Assembly (NCBI GenBank): GCA_907165135.1
Contig: OU015568.1
Span: 14,508,001-14,572,000, forward strand
Length of the DNA: 64,000 nt
Direction of reading: 5' to 3'
DNA from: Oikopleura dioica
Lineage: Eukaryota; Animalia; Chordata
Below are positions 17,788 to 30,469 of this stretch, one piece after another (the stretch's first letter is position 1; each line of letters opens with the position of its first letter). Both the position numbers and the translations under genes were made by a program. The notes beneath the pieces are model-generated. The model ran no database searches and was not told the origin of the DNA. It saw nothing but the letters and a program-made list of their open reading frames with translations.

Positions 17788-18377
17788 GACGCGCATTTTT
17801 TAAGGTTGGGCAAGTTATTTCACCCACTTCTTGATTTTAAATCCTGGAACACCATACATATTTGGAATCAGCAGGAAATTTTAAGAACTTTGACCGTTTT
17901 AGTTTCCAAAATTTCCACTTCCGGTCCGATTCTAGAGCCGGAAGTGGACGAAATTTTGAGTTTGGCCAACTTGTGACCTATCAAATTGATGCTCAGAAAA
18001 TTTTGAGTAAACTCATCTTAAAATCATTCAAAGAAACCGTCCCAACCGCAGTCAAACCGACCGGCAAAAATAGGAAAAAAGGCATAAATTTCTGATTTTT
18101 CTTTCAGTTTTTAGCGGTTGATTTGACCGCGGTCGGCATTGATTTTCTCTCAGATGATAGGAAATCTTCTGAGAATCAATTTGATAGGTCACAAGTTGGC
18201 CAAACTCAAAATTTCGTCAACTTCCGGCTCTAGAATCGGACCGGAAGTGGAAATTTTGGAAACTAAAACGGTCAAAGTTCTTAAAATTTCCTGCTGATTC
18301 CAAATATGTATGGTGTTCAAGGGTTTAAAATCAAGAAGTGGGTGAAATAACTTGCCCAACCTTAAAAAAAGCGCGTC
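17788..18377. mobile_element. Long-TIR palindromic MITE
   Basis: ~210-bp near-identical inverted arms (17788-~17997 vs ~18170-18377), with TTAA-GGTTGGGC and GCCCAACC-TTAA near the ends. Confidence 0.85.
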
Positions 18378-18489
18378 TCTGATCTGCGGGGAGTGTGGTA
18401 GGTGTTGTACGTCTCAGAAAATACACGCCTCGCGCTAAATCTCGATCTGATGGGGCTTCAGATCGAGATTTTTCACCGCCGCAAAAGTG

Positions 18490-19786
18490 AGAGCGCAACG
18501 GTAATTACTGTACGCCCTCTTTTGGAAGAAATTCCCAATAAAATAGAGCGACTGCTGGCCGTAAGTACGAGCAAAAATGAAACTTCAAGATTACACAGGT
18601 TTTGATCAGCTGGCTGCAGAATAATAATGTTTTTTTTTTTTGTAAAATGAAACTTCAAGATGAATATTTATTCAATAAGGTCTTGCTAGAAAATGACTGA
18701 TAGTATAAAGGAATAAAAATTTTATTATGATGAAATTAACATTTTTTTTGAGAAAAACTGAACTCCCACTTTTTGTCCTCAAAAGAACGCCCGGATAATT
18801 TCGGAGAAAACTACGAAGAGATAACAAAATACCTCTGACTCCCAAAGGTGAATAAATCCATCTTCTGTTCCACAAGCTACTGTAGCTCCATCAGGCGAGA
18901 AAACAGCGTTGAGCGGTAGTTGAGCAGTATTCTGATAATTGCCTAAAAGCGCTTTTGTTTTGCCATCGTATGCGTCGATTATTTTCATGTGCTGGCCGTT
19001 TGTTGAAATGAGGATTTTGCTTCCTTCGAGCGAGAATTCTAGTCCTATCCAATTTAGACTCGTATCTGGCCTATTGAACAATAATTAAACTGAGGGAAGG
19101 AATAATAATAGAAGACTTACACTTGTTGGAATGTCGAAAATGGACCCTGATGATACGATTTAAGATCATAAAGTCTAATGAGATGGGAGTCGATTCCCAC
19201 GGCGAAGATTAACCCTTCAGGATCAAATGTTCCAATCGGAACACCTTTTGTTTCCATCATTCCGCAGCAATTTGGGGACCGCAAATCCCAAAATCTCAAA
19301 GTGTTGTCTTCACCACAAGACATGAAGTAGTCATCTGTCGGGGACATTGCCAGACATCTCACTCGATCAGTATGTCCTAATTTGAAATAATAAGTATTTA
19401 TGCAAGTTGTGGGAAATTTACCTTGGAAATGACGAATGTATTGGTTGGTATGAAGCGAGTGATAACGAATCGCATGATCATTTCCTCTAGAGGAACTGTA
19501 CAAGATCTGGCTTTCGTGATGCGTAAACTTGACATTCTCGCACCCATATTTCTTCGAATGAAGTAATCTTTTCATCCCTCCATCGGCACATGAGTACAAC
19601 GTGACTGTATCGCCATCAGAAGCAGTAACAATCGATTCACCATCAAATGAAACGCATACACTGAATAAAACTGTAATCACCTGCACTACGGAGGAAAAGG
19701 TACCTGTTGATATTTGACGGTTCTACATGCTTCTTAGCGATTTGCATTGATTTTATGAGCTCTGTCAGACTCTTTTCCGAATTCAT
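18490..19786 (-). CDS. WDR82: WD repeat protein 82 (Swd2), multi-exon; 3' end approximate
   Basis: LHSKKYG, HAIRYHSLHTNQYIRHFQGHTDRV, EDNTLRFWDLRSPNCCGMM, FDPEGLIFAVG, IRLYDLKSYHQGPFSTF, AVFSPDG. Confidence 0.9.
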
Positions 19787-20001
19787 TTCTTTTCAGATCA
19801 AATTTCTGAACAAAAATAGTGATAGATCAGCTTTGCTGCTATGATTGTGTCTTGCTCGAGCTCAAATGCTTTGTCAGATACTGCAATAAATTATTGCCAA
19901 ATTTCAATAGACTACTGTGCGAATTATTTTCCTTGAACTAATTTAATCATTTTTCTTTCTGGTACAAGTTTCTTTTCAATAAATAATCAGATACAGGGGA
20001 T

Positions 20002-20561
20002 TTACTGGTACTGAGCCATCACTCGGTCTCGGCAGTTCTTCAGCATGTCCAAATATCCGATGCAATCCTGAATGTCCCCAGCGTTGAGCGAGCACTGAAC
20101 GAATTGACCCATTTCGCCTTCGCAAGGAGTGGGCTGAGCTTGCTGCTCGCCGTAAGCTCCGCCAGCGGCGGCAGGGGCAGCAGCTGGGGCCCCCTGAGCT
20201 GGAGCAGCACCACCCTGGCTTCCACCGCCGAAGATAGCCTACAAACGAGTTTAACAAAGAGTTCATGTTGTCGCTTGCCGCTTCTCGAATATCAGCGACA
20301 ATTTCTTACGTTAGAAAGACCGTGACCAACGACGGATCCAATAGCAACACCACCAGCCGTGGCTGCCATTTGTCCCATAAGACCAGGAGCCCGTGGAGCT
20401 AGAATAAGATACAACGCACTCTACGGAAAAGCATGCTAACCTGCAGCAGGTGCAGCTGCTGGAGGAGCAGGAGCAGCTCGAGGTGCGGCTGCTGGAGGAG
20501 CTCGAGATGGAGAACCTCCTCGGCCACCGAAACCACCGAATCCTCGACCTCCGCGACCCAT
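20002..20561 (-). CDS. CHCHD2: CHCHD2/CHCHD10-family mitochondrial twin-CX9C protein, 3 exons
   Basis: MGRGGRG..SRAPPAAAPRAAP, PGLMGQMAATAGGVAIGSVVGHGL, CEGEMGQFVQC..IQDCIGYLDMLKNC. Confidence 0.9.
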
Positions 20562-20741
20562 ATTCAAAAAGACAAAGTTCTAGGAGTAGATCTATGAATA
20601 AATGTATTTTGAACAAACTATCAAAACAGGTTAGTAATAATAAGTTATCAGTTTAATGAAATCAGGATGACAGAAAAAGAAATCAAAGAAATTCACTTGA
20701 ATTGCACACTTCAGAATAGAGAATTTACTTCTTGAAGCTAT

Positions 20742-20806
20742 TTGAGATTGTTGTCAGCTAGTGAAGGCGACCGTAGCCGTTTGATTCACAGGCTTCATTG
20801 GCTCAA
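20742..20806 (-). promoter_or_regulatory. SECIS element (form 2) in the SELENOS 3' UTR
   Basis: Minus strand reads TTGAGCCA-ATGA-AGCCTGTGAATC-AAA-CGGC(TACG)GTCG-CCTTCACTAGC-TGA-CAACAATCTCAA. This gives the AUGA/GA core, helix II, unpaired AAA, an apical mini-stem and helix I TTGAG/CTCAA. Confidence 0.85.
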
Positions 20807-20871
20807 GAAAGTTGAGTGAATCTCAGCTTCAAGCGGCACGCTGGTTGCTATTTAATTACAACCAGCAGGAA

Positions 20872-21584
20872 TTATCCTCATCCGCCTCGGGAAGGGCCTC
20901 GTCGAGCTGAAGAATGTTCCATTATTGTCGTTTCTCTTGAGAAAAAATATTGTACCTGGGTTGAATCTACTGCTTCCTCCGCCAGCACCAGTCAACGGGT
21001 TGTATTCGCCTCGTTTAAAAGTGCTTCCACGTTGCTTGGCACCGGAAGTGCTCTTTTGCGCTCCAGAAGAAGAGGAATTGCCAGCCTTTGTAGCTTTCTC
21101 CTCCTCATATCGGGCAACTTCAGGGTTTGTCGGAGTTTTTCACGCTCAGCTTTCTCAGCGGCGATTTCGTCTTCTCGAGCTTTTCTTATAATCGCTTTCT
21201 AAGAAAAAATTAATCTCGATAAAATGAAGGATCACTACCTCATCGAATTCTTTTTGAAGCCGCTCAAGTCGGTTGAATCGTTCTTCTTCCATTCTGTTTA
21301 CCGTGTCTGGATCTTTTTTGATGCGACCGTCTTCGATGGATCTTTGGAATCGCGCGATCTTCTCTTCTAGGTTCTTCCAGACGAAGCTGAAGATGACGAA
21401 TCCGGCAACGATGTACCAGCCGTAAGCAGCGAAGAATCCGCTTATATTCCCAAAGGCTAGATGAGTGGAGGTTTTAGTTGATAATGAGAGGGATTATCTT
21501 ACTTTGTGTGATTAATGGAACCCCCGGAGGAGCTGGGTTGACTTCTTCTCCACCAACTGGTGGCTCTGCTGGTGGTTCATCCAT
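20872..21584 (-). CDS. SELENOS: Selenoprotein S (VIMP) with penultimate Sec (TGA at 20878-20880); apparent 1-bp frameshift at ~21127
   Basis: TM segment YGWYIVAGFVIFSFVW, a coiled coil, and C-terminus GEYNPLTGAGGGSSRFNPARRGPSRGG-U-G*, followed by a SECIS. Confidence 0.9.
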
Positions 21585-21730
21585 TTCTGAACCGATAGTT
21601 TTATACAATCAGGCTTTTTAACATGAATTCAACTAGTGGTTTTTAAGAGGCGACTCTCGGCAGGAATAATTAAAGCGGCGCAAGTGAGTTTCAAACGAAA
21701 AAAGAAGAAAGTAAAGACGATAGACTTTTT

Positions 21731-24004
21731 TTATGAAGCGGCGCGTGGGACAAGACCGAGAGCTTGGAGTGCGACCGTGGCTGCCGCAGCTTTGCCGGTC
21801 TTTTTGTTGAGCGAAGGTGTTGCTGGCTGGTACTCTGTATCGTACACGCGGACCTGAATAAATAAAAGAACTGGTCGGGGGAGCATGTGACTTACTTTGT
21901 ATAAAAAGGAGCGATTATTCCCTGCGCTGGTATCCGTAACAAGAGTGAATTCTGGCTGACCCCATCGTCGTTTCGAGCAAACTTCCATAAGAGCGGATAC
22001 AGGGTGCTTACCAGACAGATCTTTTACAATTCCACCAGCAAAACCCTAAAAATATCTGTAATTCAATCCTCCCCCTGATCTTTCAACCTTTCTGCCCATG
22101 AACGATTGTGACTCTTTGTTGTCTTCAGCTGCAGAAAGACCTTCTCTGTTGATCTTAAAGTCTAAGACCAGTGGTTCAGCGTTTCCTTGGGCATTTTTGC
22201 CCAAGCCCATGCCTTCCTGCCAGCCCATCTTTTCCAGCAGCTTTCGACCAAGTCCAGTGACTTTTCTTGCTACGTGGAATTGCTCCTGCTTTGCCCAGGC
22301 TGGATTTCCAGTGTTGAGCTCAGCCCATGACATCGGCATGATTTTGTTCTCTTCCGGAAGGTCGCTTCCTTTCCACTTAGAAAGAAGCTCCTGCGCTGCT
22401 GCCATTTGATTCTGAGCCTCTGTGTCTTCGGGATTTTCTTGAAGCTTGCGCATCGCATTAACCCGATCGGCGATGGCACTTTGAATATCGCCCATGTTCA
22501 GTTTTTTCTCTCCGTTTTGTTCGTCCACGGCCATTTCTTCGTTTTCATCACCGCCCACGTCGCCTTCTGTCCACTCACCAACACCGTCGTCTTCGTTGTA
22601 GTCGGTGATGACTTCTCGATGCTGGATACCGGCAGAGACGGGGAAGGATTTTGTTAATTGCGCCATGGAAGCATCAGCTGGGAGGGCAAGGGGATCGGTT
22701 TGCTTGGGCTTGAGGAAGATTGGTCTGAAACAAGGTTCAATAAAGTTCTTATGAATGATATGTTATCATCAAAAGAAATCACTAGATTCCATGTTGATAT
22801 GAATTTTTATCTTGAACCCTGGCCTAAAAGTAAGCTGCTCCGGCGCTTTCTCTTCAACAGCGAACGGATGGTTCAACATATCATCTGGAATATCCTCACT
22901 AATTGGATCGTCCTTTCCGGACTGAATTCGCGCCGCTTTTGCAGTCAACTGCTCGATCGTCAAACCACCAGCTCTCATGGCAATAGACTCGTTTTTGTTC
23001 AAACCACCGTGAACATTGAGTGCGTTTTTCTTGGCGATCTCGAGGAGTTTCATTTTGTCCTCTTTTGTCAACCCGGTTCCGGCATATTTATCATCTTCGT
23101 CATCGTCCGAGTGTTTCTTTTCTTCGGGGTGCTCTCGATTAGAATAGAGATCTTGTGGCGGCGGGATGGTCTTCATTCCAGCGCTGCCGTATTCCTTGAT
23201 GCCTTTGCGGCTCTTTCGGTCAGGAGAGCGCGAGCGAGATCGTCGACGATCACGATCAGAAGAACTCGAATCTCGTCGATAAGGACGTTCGGAACGAGTC
23301 GATCGAGAACCTGGAGAACGCGAGCGAGCTCTTGAATATGATCGGGAGCGCTCCTTGTCTCCATATCGAAAATCAGCGTGGACGGACCGGAATGATCGGA
23401 CCGAGTCGGTCGATGGCGAGCGTCGCGAACGAGAGCTCGAGCGATCGTCTCTTCTGCGACTCGAGCTTCGGGAATCTCGGCTTCGGGATTCGGAGCGATC
23501 TCGGGAGTCTCTGTCCCGCCTTCGCTTCTTGTCCTTTGACTCTCGTTCTTTTTCTCGTTTTCGTTTGCGCTCCTTTTTCGCTTTCTTTGCTCGTTTCTTT
23601 TCCTCCTTCGCGCGCTTTCTGGAAAATACATGTAATGTAAGAACTCATCTTAGGGGAAGGCTTACCGTTCGCGCTTTTCTTCTCGTCTTTTCTTTCTGCG
23701 AAGCCTGTCTTTTTCATCAGTAGCTCGTTTATCATCAAGCACAGTATCAGCATCAGAAGATGAGCCAGAATCAGAGTCAGAGGAAGAACTTCGGTCAGAA
23801 CCGGCCATAGACGCGCTAGAATAGAAAATTAGGGAGGATTTCTTGGAGTTACTCTTCCTTGATTTCAACCAGAAAAGAAGGGGCCTATTTTTACCTGTCA
23901 GGAAGATCGTCAATTTCATTCATAATTGCGTCGTTGTCTCCATTTCCTTCTCCGTTGTATTTGTCGCTCAAGTAAGAGACAAGTGCATCGTCAAGATCCG
24001 CCAT
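21731..24004 (-). CDS. SON: SON-like splicing cofactor (RS region, G-patch, dsRNA-binding motif)
   Basis: RS-rich exon at ~23180-23600; G-patch GRKLLEKMGWQEGMGLGK; DSRM KHPVSALMEVCSKRRWGQPEF..KAAAATVALQALG. Confidence 0.88.
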
Positions 24005-25024
24005 GGCTCTTTATGAAAACAACAATTTTAAAAAGGGAAATCCAAATTTGAACGTTCTTTACGAAACATAAAATATTAAACGATAAATAATAATGAAGAA
24101 AGGGTTAATTTAGTAATTGAGAAGCTACTGATTTCCCACATTGACCTGGATCAAAATCGAGAAACCAGAAACAGGAGGATAGTCCAAAAAAGCATGAATT
24201 TTAATAAGAAAGCTTTTCAAAGATTCTCTTTTTTGGGAAAAAATCTTTGAAAAAGAAGTCTCATTGAAATTCATGAAAAAGGGGAGATGCCGACCAGAGC
24301 CAGCAGAAGGTGAAATGAGATTGAAAAACCACCTTCTGGTGACTTTGGTGACCAGAAATAAATTTGACCGTTTTTGTTTGGCTCAATTCAGTGGAACAAT
24401 AAGGGTCTCCACTGAATTAGCGAAACTTTTCAAAAAAATAAATTTTAAAGAAATTGAATTTTGCGAAACAATAACGGTATCGCAAAATTAACTCTTTATC
24501 AGCAGCTTTCGACGAAGCAAGTTTTCTAGAGCAAAAAACCTTGAGTATGAATTTTTAGTAAAAGGATAAGAAATTTCTTTTGGTCAAGGTTTAACACTGA
24601 GATCTTGGAGAAGGGGAGACACATTTTTTTTTCAGAATCGTAGCTTCGTGAAAACAAGAGATTTTTTTCGAGCTTTTATTTACCGTTTTTTCTAGGTAGC
24701 TCCGATCACCGACCCAATCTAAAAATTTTAATCAATAATGATACAAAGATGTTGATACTTCATAAAAGCAAATAGTTTTTTAATTTTAATTTCTAAAAAT
24801 AATGATTTTCGAATATATGGAGGGAAGTTGAGCGAAATATCTGTCATGAAGCATTTTAACAATTTAATTATTTGAATTTTTCTAGTTGTCTCTAGCGTGA
24901 GTTGATAGCGATCTTCATTTATTCGTAAATTTTCTTCGAATCTCTCAATTCTTCATTTTCTTTCTTGTTGAAAAAGTGGATGATCCGAAAAATTCGGCAG
25001 AGCCCGGGCCACGTCTCGCGGAGT

Positions 25025-25065
25025 TTGAAGTTGCTGATTGGCTGAGCCGCGCTGACGTAATCTAA
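25025..25065. promoter_or_regulatory. Candidate promoter motifs (CCAAT box, CRE-like) in the divergent intergenic region
   Basis: CTGATTGGCTGAGCCGCGCTGACGTAATC lies between SON (-) and the L7Ae-like gene (+). Confidence 0.4.
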
Positions 25066-25422
25066 TCGATAGAGGAAACTCCTGGAAGAGCGCCGATTGT
25101 TCAACCCTTTTTTCAGAAAGGTTTTGATTTATCGACTTTTTCAGGCGAAAGAGAAAATCTGAATTTTCTCGATTTCTGAAAACCACAAATAGGTTTCTAA
25201 ATTTTTAGTCCGTGTATTTTAATTTTCCTGTTTGATTGGTAAATATAGACTAAAATATTTAAAAAATTTCTTCAAACCTGCTTGTATGGAATTTCCACTC
25301 CATCAATTCTACCACCGATAGTCCACAATTTACTAATCACATTTTCTCTCAGCCTGAGGGCTCTCTTGATTGAAATCGAAGAAAAGAAGGGACGGCTGCT
25401 TGTATCCGGGAGATTGCGCAAA

Positions 25423-26120
25423 ATGACCCAAACAAAGACGCAAAAAGGTGGTCATCTTCATCGAATATTCTTTTACAAATTTCTAGGGCAGAAAAGCGCG
25501 GGAAAGAAACACATTCAAATCAAAGCCTCGCTTCTTCCTCCCACCAGACGACGGTTTTCAAAAGAACAAGTTCACGAGCTGATACGAATTGCACAAGATG
25601 ACTGTAAGGAATACACGTTGGAGAAGGCAAAGAAGAATGGTTTTTGTCTGGGAAGAAAATCGGCGATGAATGCGATCAGGAAGAAAAATGCGAAGGTTGT
25701 TTTGGTCGACACAGATTCGGGCTCCCATTTTTAACGCATTCACCTAAATTTTCGGCTTGTTTTATATCCTAAATTGTTTATCCTAATATCAGGAATCGTC
25801 TTTTTTTAAGTTTTCTTTATTGAATTTTTGAATTTAATCCGAGCCTAATTGAAGAAGTCCCAAAGTGCATCCAAGACGCATTAGCTGGATTCGCCAACAT
25901 CATCGGAATCGATGGTTTATCCGCGAAACTGATCAAGTCAATGGGACAACACAAAGTCGAAAGAAAGAAGCGAAAATTCCGCCAAGTCAACTTTTTCACA
26001 ATTCTAAAAAATCACCGTTTCAAATTGCCGGAGCTCGAAAATGAGTCTTCTTCTTTTTCTGTGAACATTGACGTTTATGATCCGTTGCTGAAAAAGAGTG
26101 AAAATGTTAAAAGTTCATGA
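25423..26120 (+). CDS. L7Ae/L30e-fold protein, possibly RPP38-like (multi-exon)
   Basis: GFCLGRKSAMNAIRKKNAKVVLVDTD resembles the L7Ae RNA-binding motif; short basic protein. Confidence 0.45.
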
Positions 26121-26174
26121 TCTCAAAAAATAATCAAAACTCTTTATTTTAAGAGAAAATCGTAAATTTGACTC

Positions 26175-28665
26175 ATGTCGAATTCCGAATTCCGCGAAGT
26201 CTCAGAAGATCCCTTCGAAAATCCTCTTCGTAAATTCATCCGCTGGCTAAGGAGCGATGATTTTCGAGGCCTTTGTCTTTGCTTCGCGTTTTCTTCCTTT
26301 GTTTTGACGATCGCGATGATTTTTGAGGCAAATCTGGGAAAAGGTCCGATCAAGCAACACGGAGTCGTAGCCAGCTCGAATTCTGCTTGTTCGAAATTCG
26401 GAAGCGATCATTTGAAATTCACCAGGAATAGTTACGACGCTGCGATTTTGACGAGTTTGTGTCTTTTGGCGACGAATCCGGAGCAAGTTTCTCTCGGTGG
26501 CGGTGGAATGGCGTCCATGCTTTTCATCAACTCTTCTCGACCAACCGAATATCTTGATTTTACGGGAAGAGGAGAGGACAAGGCGATTCCTGGTTTTATG
26601 GCTGGCATGCTTTATCTGAAGGACCGGGTTGTCTTTTTGGTTGATCTATTCGAAGACTAGAATTGTCAGACCTCTGACCGGCAGGCTATCGAATCGCTTT
26701 AGGATGTGAACCGGTTTTCAGGATGAATGAAAATAATTTAAAATCAATGAAAAACATTTTCTAGTGAATAGAATTAAAAACAATTCATCAGAAAATCATT
26801 TTTCATTTTCTAAAGCTTAGAAACCAACCCTTTCAAGCAAAAATCAAACCGCAAAATGGCAAGCTACGATAACGGCTTCGACCGAATCCCATCCTTTGCT
26901 TATACTCATTCAAAACTGCCGATCATCGACACAAAACTAGAAGACCTCATCCTGAAGGCGATCGATTTCATTGAACGACCCCTCGACGATCCTGTCAAAA
27001 TGCCCCTGAATCCATCTGCCAGTCTTCTCAAAAGTCTCAAACTTCTTTCGAAGAATCCCAGGAGTTTTTATGACAAGGGCGATTCTGACTTGGAAAAAGG
27101 AGATTTGTGGGCGACTTTGTCCAACAACGGGAACAACCAGAGCTATCACGCGCTTCTCGACTTCGACAAGAAGATCAGACCAGTCAATTCGATTCATTTG
27201 AATATCACGAATGGCAGGATTGAGGCTCATCCTGACTCAGCCAGGATTTTGTTTGCGCTTGGATTGATCGATAAAAGGGGTGACCCTCCGAATCCCTGGG
27301 CACCCTCCGAATCCCTGGGTTTTTGGGGAAAGTCCAGGGATTCGGAGGGTGATGTTCTAGAACACCCCTACAAGTGATCAAAAAACATCTTTTATTCATC
27401 ATTTTTCAAAATATATCAAAAATTTAAGGGTTTTACAAGATAGCTTGAATGTCATGTTTGATTCAACACTAACCCTTAAAGGAGGAAATCGAATAGAAGC
27501 AAAAAGTAATTTTCCAACCGACATTTTTATCAGTATAATTATCAGACGATATTAATTACGATTTTGAGGCTTACATTTTAATGCATGCAAAATAATATTG
27601 CATTTACGCATGAAAATAAGTTCGCTAAAGATGTTTTGATTTCAACCCTAACGAATTATTAGAAAAACTTATCAATGAACCCGATGTAAAATAGCTAAAA
27701 GACATTTCTAGAACATTTTGGATTTGACCCTCCGAATCCCTGGATTTTCGATTTTGCCCAGGGATTGGGAGGGTACCCGGATAAAAGGTTAGTTCTGAGT
27801 CAGAACTTCTGACAATTCTAGTCAAATTTATTCCACTTTCTGATATCCAGAATTTATCCTCTTTTCAGTCCCTACAAACGATCAGATGCTATGTTTCCAA
27901 CAACAGTAGCAAACGCCATGTTTCGCGCTTCAACAGTAGGCTACAACTACATCATGGAAAACATCACCCGCGCGATCAATGAAATCTACAAAGAAATTCT
28001 CTACGACGAGGAGAAAATTATGCAAGGAATGAAACCTCTCGCTTCGCCTTGGAAAAATCCCTACCACGCTGCTTTCGTTAATGGTACGAAGGAATTATTC
28101 CTGAAAAAATTATCTACACTTTTAGTGATTGGAGACGATGCGGAAGTGATTTCTCTAACCCTAACTGTCGGAACAAGAAAAAATGGAAATTGCCAGAACA
28201 TCAACGGATTGATGATTTGCTTCTCTAGCTATGGAAAGCCGCTCGTTGCTGATTCTATTTTCCCTTCTCCGATTATTTTTAGACCAAACTGTGGCGTTTG
28301 TGGGCGGTATACTTCTCTTTCTGGTAAAAAAACTCTGAATTTCTCGCAACTAAATTTGTACAGGAACTCCTGATGCGATAGTCAATTCTGGATCTGAGCT
28401 TCTCAAGCACTCTGGCTTGTTTTTCGGCGAGTTCTCTGAGCGAGTCACAATCGGCAGCGCCGGAAAAGTCCTCGTTGAAGGGGGAATGCCGAAGCAATTT
28501 CCGGAAATGTTCGCGACGCTGAAAACGCATGGCGCCGTGCATTTGGAAACGATGCCTGATCATCGGCCGATCGGATTCGCCACTATTGCTGCGTGGGACA
28601 ACGACTACATTCACGGCATTTCTGACAGACGTGTGGAAGATGCATGGCCGGCCTATGTCTTCTGA
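26175..28665 (+). CDS. GGT7: Gamma-glutamyltransferase 7-like type II membrane protein (multi-exon)
   Basis: N-terminal TM segment, GVVASSNSACSKFG..SYDAAILTSLCL..SLGGGG, light-chain-like AAFVNVIGDDAEVISLTLTV and RPNCGVCG. The final exon ends SDRRVEDAWPAYVF*. Confidence 0.75.
27277..27780. mobile_element. MITE-like element inside the GGT7-like gene
   Basis: ACCCTCCGAATCCCTGG and its reverse complement occur at both ends (27282-27350 and 27726-27775); the interior is AT-rich. Confidence 0.7.
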
Positions 28666-28828
28666 TAAATTTCTTAATTTAACTTCAATGTTATTTCTTC
28701 ATTTTGTTCTTCTTTCTGTTGCATGTCTTTCTTTCTTCAAAGTTCTTCAAAAACATTCTTCTACATCTCGTTACCACAAAAATACACTTGAAAAACGATG
28801 CATTTTTTTAATCTCCACCTTTCAGATA

Positions 28829-30433
28829 ATGGAATGGTCCATCGTCATTTACCAGCTTATTATTTCCGCCCATGTCTTCATCGCGCCTTTCACAAAAGTA
28901 GAAGAGTCCTTTTATCTCCAAGCCGCGCATGATTTCATTTACGAAGACTCGATTGATTCTTTCGACCATCGAAAGTTTCCCGGCGTCGTTCCAAGAACAG
29001 CTGCGCCAATTTTCATTCTTTCCTCGATCATCCGCCCAATGAAGTTCTTTCTCGACAAGCCGTCAATGCAGATTCTACTGCGACTTCTCCTTGGCCTGTG
29101 TACCTCTTTTTCCCTTTCGAAAATCACCAAAATCATCCGAAAAAGGTCTCCTCCGCCGCTGCTTTTCTATTTCTCCTGACGACAGTTTCTCAACCGCACT
29201 TGATGTTTTACGCCTCTAGAACGCTACCGAACTCAATTTCGCTACCCATCGTTCTCTACGCATTTTCCTGCTGGCCACTTGGGAATGAGCTGGCCAAGTT
29301 CATCGCTCTTTCCGCTTTTTCTATTCTGACAATTCGATGCGAACTTGCTTTGCTCATGGGATCATTCTTGATAATGGGACTTTTGACAAGAGAAATTTCG
29401 ATTGGACGACTCCTTGTTGTTGGCACTTTTTCAACGATTGTTTCTTTAGGTGCGAATCCTTTCGTTCTTCAATTTTTAATTCATTTTCTAGCTACCACAG
29501 TCCCTTTTGACTCATGGTTCTGGGGCGAGTGGATTTGGCCAGAAGGACAAGTCTTTATTTTCAACGCGATCGAAGGGAAAAGTTCTGCCTGGGGAGTGAT
29601 GCCTTTCCTCTGGTACTTCAAATCTGCACTGCCAAGAGCTTGTCTCACGTCCCTTCTTTTCATCCCTTTTGGATTCCTCCAGCGACCTGGGCACTGTAAC
29701 CGACTTTTGTTACCTTCGCTCTTTTTCATCTTCGCATATTCATTCAATCCTCACAAGGAGTTGCGCTTCATCTTTTACGTCTTTCCGCTGCTGAACATCA
29801 CCTCCGCCTGTGGACTTGAATTCTTTCAAAGAAGAAAAGCGAGTGGAGGGTTTTTCTGGCGTCTTGTGTGGACTGGTGTATTCGGAACAATTGTTGTTAA
29901 TTTTTGGGCACCACGCTTTTTGCCGCTATTTCTGCAATCAATTATCCAGGCGGACATGCCTTTGAAAAGCTGCACAACAATGTTCCTTGTCAATTCGACG
30001 TGAATGTTCATTTAACAAATTTAGCGCTTCAGTCTGGTAATTTTTCAAAATTACAAATATATCTCAATAAATTTTTACGTAGGTGTCTCCAGATTTGGCC
30101 AACTTTGCGAGAATTGGCAATATGACAAGTCGGAAGATTTATCAAACGAGGAAATTATGCGAAGAAATTTCACTCATCTAATAATGGAAAACAACGAGGA
30201 AACCGTCATGGCGTTTACTGAGAGCTACAGAAATATTGGCGTCGTTGCTCAATACAGTCACATACGAATAGGTAAGAATCGAATCTCTATCACGATTCAA
30301 CGATTTTCTAGAGCCGCTGCCACCCGCAATACAGTTCAAAGAAGCACTAGTTATTCTTGAGAGAAGAGACTTTGTAGATCAAATACCTAAGGACCAAGTT
30401 TACGAAAATAATTGGATCCGCGAGGATCTCTAA
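28829..30433 (+). CDS. ALG12: Dol-P-Man alpha-1,6-mannosyltransferase; two apparent 1-bp frameshifts (~29142, ~29903)
   Basis: PFTKVEESFYLQAAHD, FDHRKFPGVVPRT, HLMFYASRTLPN, RCEL, IWPEGQVFIFNAIEGKSSAWG, PHKELRFI, NYPGG. Confidence 0.93.
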
Positions 30434-30469
30434 TTCCTTCAATCCTCTCAGCCCTTATTTCCATCTAGA

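Noticed and set aside
27280-27377. Tail of ORF 26856..27377 as GGT coding sequence
   Set aside because: It is read-through into the intronic MITE.
21126-29905. Programmed ribosomal frameshifting in SELENOS or ALG12
   Set aside because: All sites are single-base losses in short homopolymers without slippery-site or pseudoknot context; sequencing error is simpler.
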